Source of the DNA: Candidatus Harpocratesius repetitus
Lineage (GTDB): Archaea > Asgardarchaeota > Lokiarchaeia > Sigyniarchaeales > Promethearchaeaceae
Assembly: GCA_021498095.1 (NCBI GenBank)
Contig: JAIZWK010000001.1
Location: 4,329,486-4,361,485, forward strand
DNA: 32,000 bases
Direction: 5' to 3'
Shown: one piece after another, positions 27,679 to 32,000 of the stretch
How the letters are laid out: the number at the start of each line of letters is the position of its first letter
How positions within the stretch are numbered: the stretch's first letter is position 1
Notes under the pieces: model-generated
Database searches by the model: none
What the model was told of the DNA's origin: nothing
Seen by the model: the letters and a program-made list of their open reading frames with translations, nothing else
Position numbers and translations under genes: made by a program

Positions 27679-27742
27679 AAGCTATTGTTTTATTGTGTAA
27701 TAATAAATTTTTTTAGTTTTGGAAGATTTATTTAAAAATAGA

Positions 27743-28459
27743 ATGGTGGCGAAAAAGAAAACTACAAAAGCTTCGAAAAAAAAATCGACAAGTGTTTCGA
27801 AAAAAAAAACCAAAAAAACTACTGAAAAGAAAAAATCAATTAAAAAGAAATCCACTAAAAAAAAGAGCACAACTTCAAAAAGTAAAAAATCGCCTCCAAC
27901 TTCTAAAACACAATCTTTGAAAGTAGCTAAATCAGTTGAAAGCACTGCACAATCAAAAGATAGAGAAAAAATTAAACCAACTTCTACAAAAAGGAAAAAT
28001 TATTTTGCAGTGGATAAACAAATCTTATTAGCTTTAACTAATGCACCCAATAATTCCCTTGTAGTAGATGAATTGATAGAAAGATTCAATTTAAGCAGAG
28101 ATGAAATAGATAAATCAATAAAGCGATTAGAAAGTAAAGATCCCCCAAAAATACGAACAAATTTAGTAATGTATCAATCCAGATGGGTTAAACAAATAAC
28201 AAAAATTGATGATTTTGGCATAACTGTAAAAAAACAGAATAAATCGAAAAAATTAGTATGGGAAACAATTAACGATTTACCATGCTTTATTTGCCCTTTT
28301 AGTAAAAAATGCAATGAAGGTCAAAAACAATATAATCCTAAAAAATGTCCATACTTAACTGATTGGTTGATTTCATCAATAAATAATGAGCAATATTTGG
28401 GAAATCCTTTTCATCAAGAATATGATTCTAAGAAAACTAAAAATGAAATAATACCTTAA
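27743..28459 (+). CDS. RPC34 / TFE-beta homolog (winged helix + Fe-S cluster motif) with Lys-rich N-terminal tail
   Basis: C-terminal PCFICPFSKKCNEGQKQYNPKKCPYLTDWL matches the PCxxCP..C..PxxCxY..W motif of human RPC39 and Sulfolobus TFE-beta; wHTH DKQILLAL...ELIERFNLSRDEIDKSIKRLE. Confidence 0.82.
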   Translation: MVAKKKTTKASKKKSTSVSKKKTKKTTEKKKSIKKKSTKKKSTTSKSKKSPPTSKTQSLKVAKSVESTAQSKDREKIKPTSTKRKNYFAVDKQILLALTNAPNNSLVVDELIERFNLSRDEIDKSIKRLESKDPPKIRTNLVMYQSRWVKQITKIDDFGITVKKQNKSKKLVWETINDLPCFICPFSKKCNEGQKQYNPKKCPYLTDWLISSINNEQYLGNPFHQEYDSKKTKNEIIP

Positions 28460-28533
28460 TTTTCAAATTGTATAAATTCTTTAAATCATTTACGAATTCA
28501 ATAGCATTATTTTGGATTCTTTTTCATTTTTGG

Positions 28534-29181
28534 TTATTTTCCTTTATATCCCTTTCCAATTAAATATAATTCTCTACTTTTAGATCTGGATGCAGCAGGT
28601 TTCATACGCTTAAATAAATGAAAATGTGGAGCCCATTCTTGGAAAATTATATTTGTATTTTCGCTTTGAAATACTTTTACTATCAAATTTCCTCCAATTT
28701 TTAAATAACGCGAAAAATACAATACTTTTTGAACCATTGCTTCTTGAATTGCCACATCCCGAAAATCTCCAGCAGTCTTTGGTGCTAAATCGGAAAGAAT
28801 AACATCCCAGGGAGCAGATTGTTTTAGTAAATCTTCACATTCTTTCTTAAAAACATCCAATCTCACAGTAGTTATATTACTAATTTCATTAAAAGGGCGA
28901 ATTGAAGTAAGATCGACACCTACAACTTTAAATTTATTCGAAAAAGGTGTTTCAAATCGCGAAATATACTGGTCTTTTATGTATTCTAACCATGCACCTG
29001 GTGCAGCACCTAAATCAATTATTTTTTTTGGAAATCGTCCATTAATTGAAAGAATGTGATATTTAGCATCAATTTCTTTCAATTTATAATATGATCTTGC
29101 CCTATGATGTTCTGCTTTACTTTTTTTATAGTAGAGATCAGATTTTTGTTTAGATAACCATGGATTTTTTTTATTTCCCAT
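28534..29181 (-). CDS. rlmE: 23S rRNA Um2552 2'-O-methyltransferase (RlmE/FtsJ)
   Basis: RARSYYKL, DLGAAPGAW, SDLAP, VKVF, PAASRSKSRELY (K-D-K-E tetrad). Confidence 0.95.
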   Translation of the reverse strand: MGNKKNPWLSKQKSDLYYKKSKAEHHRARSYYKLKEIDAKYHILSINGRFPKKIIDLGAAPGAWLEYIKDQYISRFETPFSNKFKVVGVDLTSIRPFNEISNITTVRLDVFKKECEDLLKQSAPWDVILSDLAPKTAGDFRDVAIQEAMVQKVLYFSRYLKIGGNLIVKVFQSENTNIIFQEWAPHFHLFKRMKPAASRSKSRELYLIGKGYKGK

Positions 29182-29226
29182 CCATTATCACAAAATATCA
29201 AAATTTTAAATAAATAAGTAAAAATA

Positions 29227-29583
29227 CTAAATATTTTGTAGTTCTTCTAAAAACTCTGGCTTTACATAGCCATGATTTTGTAACCAATTTACTTGAGTCC
29301 GTGTATATCTCCAAATTATGTGAGCTTTAGGCTTTTTATCCTTTTTCACAGTCATATCCGCCCATGGAGTAATAAGAACAACATCACCCAATCGGACCCA
29401 CATTCGCTTCTTTATTTTACCCCTTATAACACCTAAATAATCAACTCCATTTTCTGAGCGGACACCCATATGTTCCCCGCCAAATATTTCAGTAACTACA
29501 GCCAAATATTCTTCATCTGCTCGATTAGGAATTCGGGGGCGCTTAGTAACTTCTGCATTATTTCTTCTACGATTCTTCGGCAT
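29227..29583 (-). CDS. eif1a: Translation initiation factor aIF-1A
   Basis: IRGKIKKRMWVRLGDVVLITPW, IIWRYTRTQVNWL. Confidence 0.95.
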   Translation of the reverse strand: MPKNRRRNNAEVTKRPRIPNRADEEYLAVVTEIFGGEHMGVRSENGVDYLGVIRGKIKKRMWVRLGDVVLITPWADMTVKKDKKPKAHIIWRYTRTQVNWLQNHGYVKPEFLEELQNI

Positions 29584-29699
29584 CTCATTTCTTTGAATTT
29601 AGCATAATTAATAATTTTTGGGATTACTGCTTCCATAAGCATAATTCTTCAATAGAAAAGAGAAATCCATTTTTTTGAAAAATTTATAATTGGACTTAA

Positions 29700-30074
29700 C
29701 AAGGATTAAAGCGGCTGCTGAAACAAATTGAGCAGAGGAAGGTGGCACGGGTGCTGATTGCCTATAAGGATCGGCTCACAAGATTCGGGTTTCCATTTCT
29801 GGAATATGTTTGCGGGATTTACGATGTGCCGATTATCGAGGTGGAGCGGGGATTGAATACTTCTTTAGAGGAACAGCTGGTGACGGATTTGATGGCGCTG
29901 ATTGCATCGTTTTCGGGCAAATTGTATCAGTTACGGGCGCTTCAGGCGAAAGGTTATGATAGAGAGGAGAAAGAGCGGGAGAGAATTGATTCCATTATCG
30001 AGAGGTATGTTAGGAGGGATTCGGAAAGAATACTGAGCAAGTTGACAAGGAATTTAGCCACTTCATGCTGTTAA
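29700..30074 (+). mobile_element. IS607-family TnpA serine recombinase remnant (N-terminally truncated, no tnpB)
   Basis: Frame open from 29700 (stop at 29697): QGLKRLLKQIEQRKVARVLIAYKDRLTRFGF...EQLVTDLMALIASFSGKLY. No MerR-type HTH or YARVS catalytic segment upstream; GC about 45-50% versus 20% just upstream. Confidence 0.88.
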
Positions 30075-30196
30075 GTGAATTTTCAATTTTTTTTTTTTGC
30101 TATTCTATGCTATAAGGTGGGTGGAGATCAATAATCTATCCAATCAAAATCGTGCAATTCTTAAATAGGTAACAGCTTATCAAATATTTGATTATC

Positions 30197-30583
30197 ATGG
30201 CAGATGCACAACCCAAAAAAGAAGAAGGATTTAACCCATTTGAATATTTTTCCCGACCTGATGTAAAAAAAAGATATAATGAATACTTGAAAAATCTAAA
30301 AAATCTGAAAAAAGAAAAATTACCCAAAGAAGAGCCGAAAATTAGTTTTGATTATTACTATTCTTATAATAGACTTTCTTGGTTAGTTGAACGAATGCAC
30401 TCAATCGGTGGCTATCAAGAATTGAGCATGATGCTCACTGATGAAGAATATAATGATGTTATCGACTTGAATTATATTTTGGAAGATCTTTTTGATAAGG
30501 ATAAAACCCATAAATATGTACGCTGGGTGGATAATTTATCGGGCAAAACAGGAATTGCAGAAAAATGGTTTATAATGATTTAG
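30197..30583 (+). CDS. Hypothetical protein
   Basis: 128-aa ORF from ATG 30197; no family recognised. Confidence 0.65.
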   Translation: MADAQPKKEEGFNPFEYFSRPDVKKRYNEYLKNLKNLKKEKLPKEEPKISFDYYYSYNRLSWLVERMHSIGGYQELSMMLTDEEYNDVIDLNYILEDLFDKDKTHKYVRWVDNLSGKTGIAEKWFIMI

Positions 30584-30668
30584 TTATTTCCAAAGTAAAA
30601 AACCTCGCCGAAAATCTATTAAAATAGAAGCACTCACTACTATTGACAAAAACCATCCAATTTCAGTT

Positions 30669-32000
30669 ATGCAACAAAATGTGTTTACATTTTTGAGCAT
30701 ATTTCTTAATAAAATGAATATTCCTGTTCACAGTTTATTCTTTGCGAGATTGGAAAAAGGAGGAAGTAGAATAGATTATATTACAAATCTGGGAAATTTT
30801 AAAGAAACAGATAGACAGTCCTATATATTTGAATGGGAATTGATTCACCTGATGTGGTTGTCATTGGCTTCGATTTATGAGAATCTCAATGATTTTCATG
30901 AAGACATTGATTATCTACTAGAAAATCAATTAGCCTCAACCAAATATCAGCAACCAATAAAAGATCAATATCTTTCCACGAAAGTGGGAGATGAACATTA
31001 CTATGTGCCCCCAACGAGTTTGCCCGATCCGAAAATCATCATCGGTGCTACTAAAAATAATTTTGCAGCCAAATTTATCCAGTGCGGAAAGCAGGTCTTG
31101 GAAGGTCTCGACTCATCAGGTGAAGTTGAAATAACTAAAGTTATGCTGAGTTTAAGGCGTGATGATGGTTCATTCGATATGGCTCAACTGGGAACCTTTG
31201 TAAAAGGTCAGATGTCGCCTTACGCTGTTATCAAGCCGCAATTCATGATGGATTTGTGGGATCCGATTAAAAACGAATGGATAGAATCCGAAAGCGAGAA
31301 AGGTAAAGCGTATATTATTCGATATAAAATCGATTGGATAGTTATGGAAAACATGCTGTGGTTGGTAAAGCGGGATGGTGATTCAATTACTTGGCGTGAT
31401 CCCGGCATTTTTGGTGTCGGATTACATGGAGCAAAACCAAATGATTTTAAATATTGGAAACGTAAAGCATTAAGGGTGTGGACCAGTCATCAAAACGACT
31501 TGTCCATCATCAATATTTTTACAGAGGGAACTGAAGCTATTAAAGCATTTCAAAAACAAATTGATGAGATTGCAGGTAATGAAGAAGCTCATAAACAACT
31601 GGTTTGCATCATGAAACCCCATGCGGAAGCCTTTTTTGCGCTGCGTAATCTACCCGAAATGCGGGGAATGACCATTAAAGAACTCATCACCGAGATGGCT
31701 GAATGGCTTCGGGAAGTAAGATTGCAGAATGATTTCGGGGCCAGATTTTACGGATATACCCAAACCACCATTGAAAATATAGTAAAATCATTTGGAGTCT
31801 TGGGAGAAAAATCTGATCAAGCCGTTTCTTACTCTTATATAAATGGTGAAAAAATAGAAGTAAAACATTGGGTTCCCTATCTGGATGATGAAGGCCATAT
31901 TGCATTCAATAGTGAAATAAAAGATTGGTACGATCAAATTGAACAACCCCATCTCATGTTCCAGGACTCTAATAAGTTGAAAATGCTCCAGCAGGTATAC
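30669..32000 (+). CDS. Large hypothetical protein, runs off the right edge (>444 aa)
   Basis: Not in the ORF track; by hand, stop-free from ATG 30669 (MQQNVFTFLSIF...) to the window end, and the frame stays open upstream to 30579. GC is elevated in the distal part. Confidence 0.85.
   Translation, partial: MQQNVFTFLSIFLNKMNIPVHSLFFARLEKGGSRIDYITNLGNFKETDRQSYIFEWELIHLMWLSLASIYENLNDFHEDIDYLLENQLASTKYQQPIKDQYLSTKVGDEHYYVPPTSLPDPKIIIGATKNNFAAKFIQCGKQVLEGLDSSGEVEITKVMLSLRRDDGSFDMAQLGTFVKGQMSPYAVIKPQFMMDLWDPIKNEWIESESEKGKAYIIRYKIDWIVMENMLWLVKRDGDSITWRDPGIFGVGLHGAKPNDFKYWKRKALRVWTSHQNDLSIINIFTEGTEAIKAFQKQIDEIAGNEEAHKQLVCIMKPHAEAFFALRNLPEMRGMTIKELITEMAEWLREVRLQNDFGARFYGYTQTTIENIVKSFGVLGEKSDQAVSYSYINGEKIEVKHWVPYLDDEGHIAFNSEIKDWYDQIEQPHLMFQDSNKLKMLQQVY

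Noticed and set aside
27682-27945. Phe/Val-rich 87-aa minus-strand ORF that looks like a membrane peptide
   Set aside because: It is the antisense reading of the poly-Lys (AAA) tail of the RPC34-like gene.
30075-30200. tnpB or omega-RNA downstream of the IS607 fragment
   Set aside because: No RuvC or zinc-finger motifs in the following ORFs and no clear structured end.
30136-31905. Short minus-strand ORFs at 30136, 31220 and 31687
   Set aside because: Antisense to longer plus-strand ORFs.
1-32000. CRISPR array, rRNA or tRNA genes
   Set aside because: No regularly spaced direct repeats or cloverleaf/rRNA signatures found by eye.

Overview
AT-rich archaeal chromosomal DNA, most likely from an Asgard archaeon (Lokiarchaeia/Promethearchaeota-like). 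This is inferred from the archaeal r-protein set plus OSTC/DC2-like, DPM2/PIG-P-like and RPC34/TFE-beta genes. The core is a minus-strand S10-spc ribosomal protein cluster running uL22 to uL15 (19183 to 10220). It is broken at both ends: no secY follows uL15, and uS19 lies 1.2 kb away on the opposite strand, with a GC-rich multi-hairpin element and a surface-protein gene in between. Flanking genes include aCPSF1 (partial), aroE, an AbrB-ACT/degenerate GH2/panE unit, GNAT, TPR, a PMI-type cupin, mptE, an NAD-kinase-like protein, a RadA paralog, rlmE and aIF-1A. From about 29700 the GC content rises, with an N-terminally truncated IS607 TnpA remnant and orphan genes, the last of which runs off the window. 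No rRNA, tRNA or CRISPR array was recognised. All family calls come from motif recognition by eye and recalled reference sequences, not database searches.
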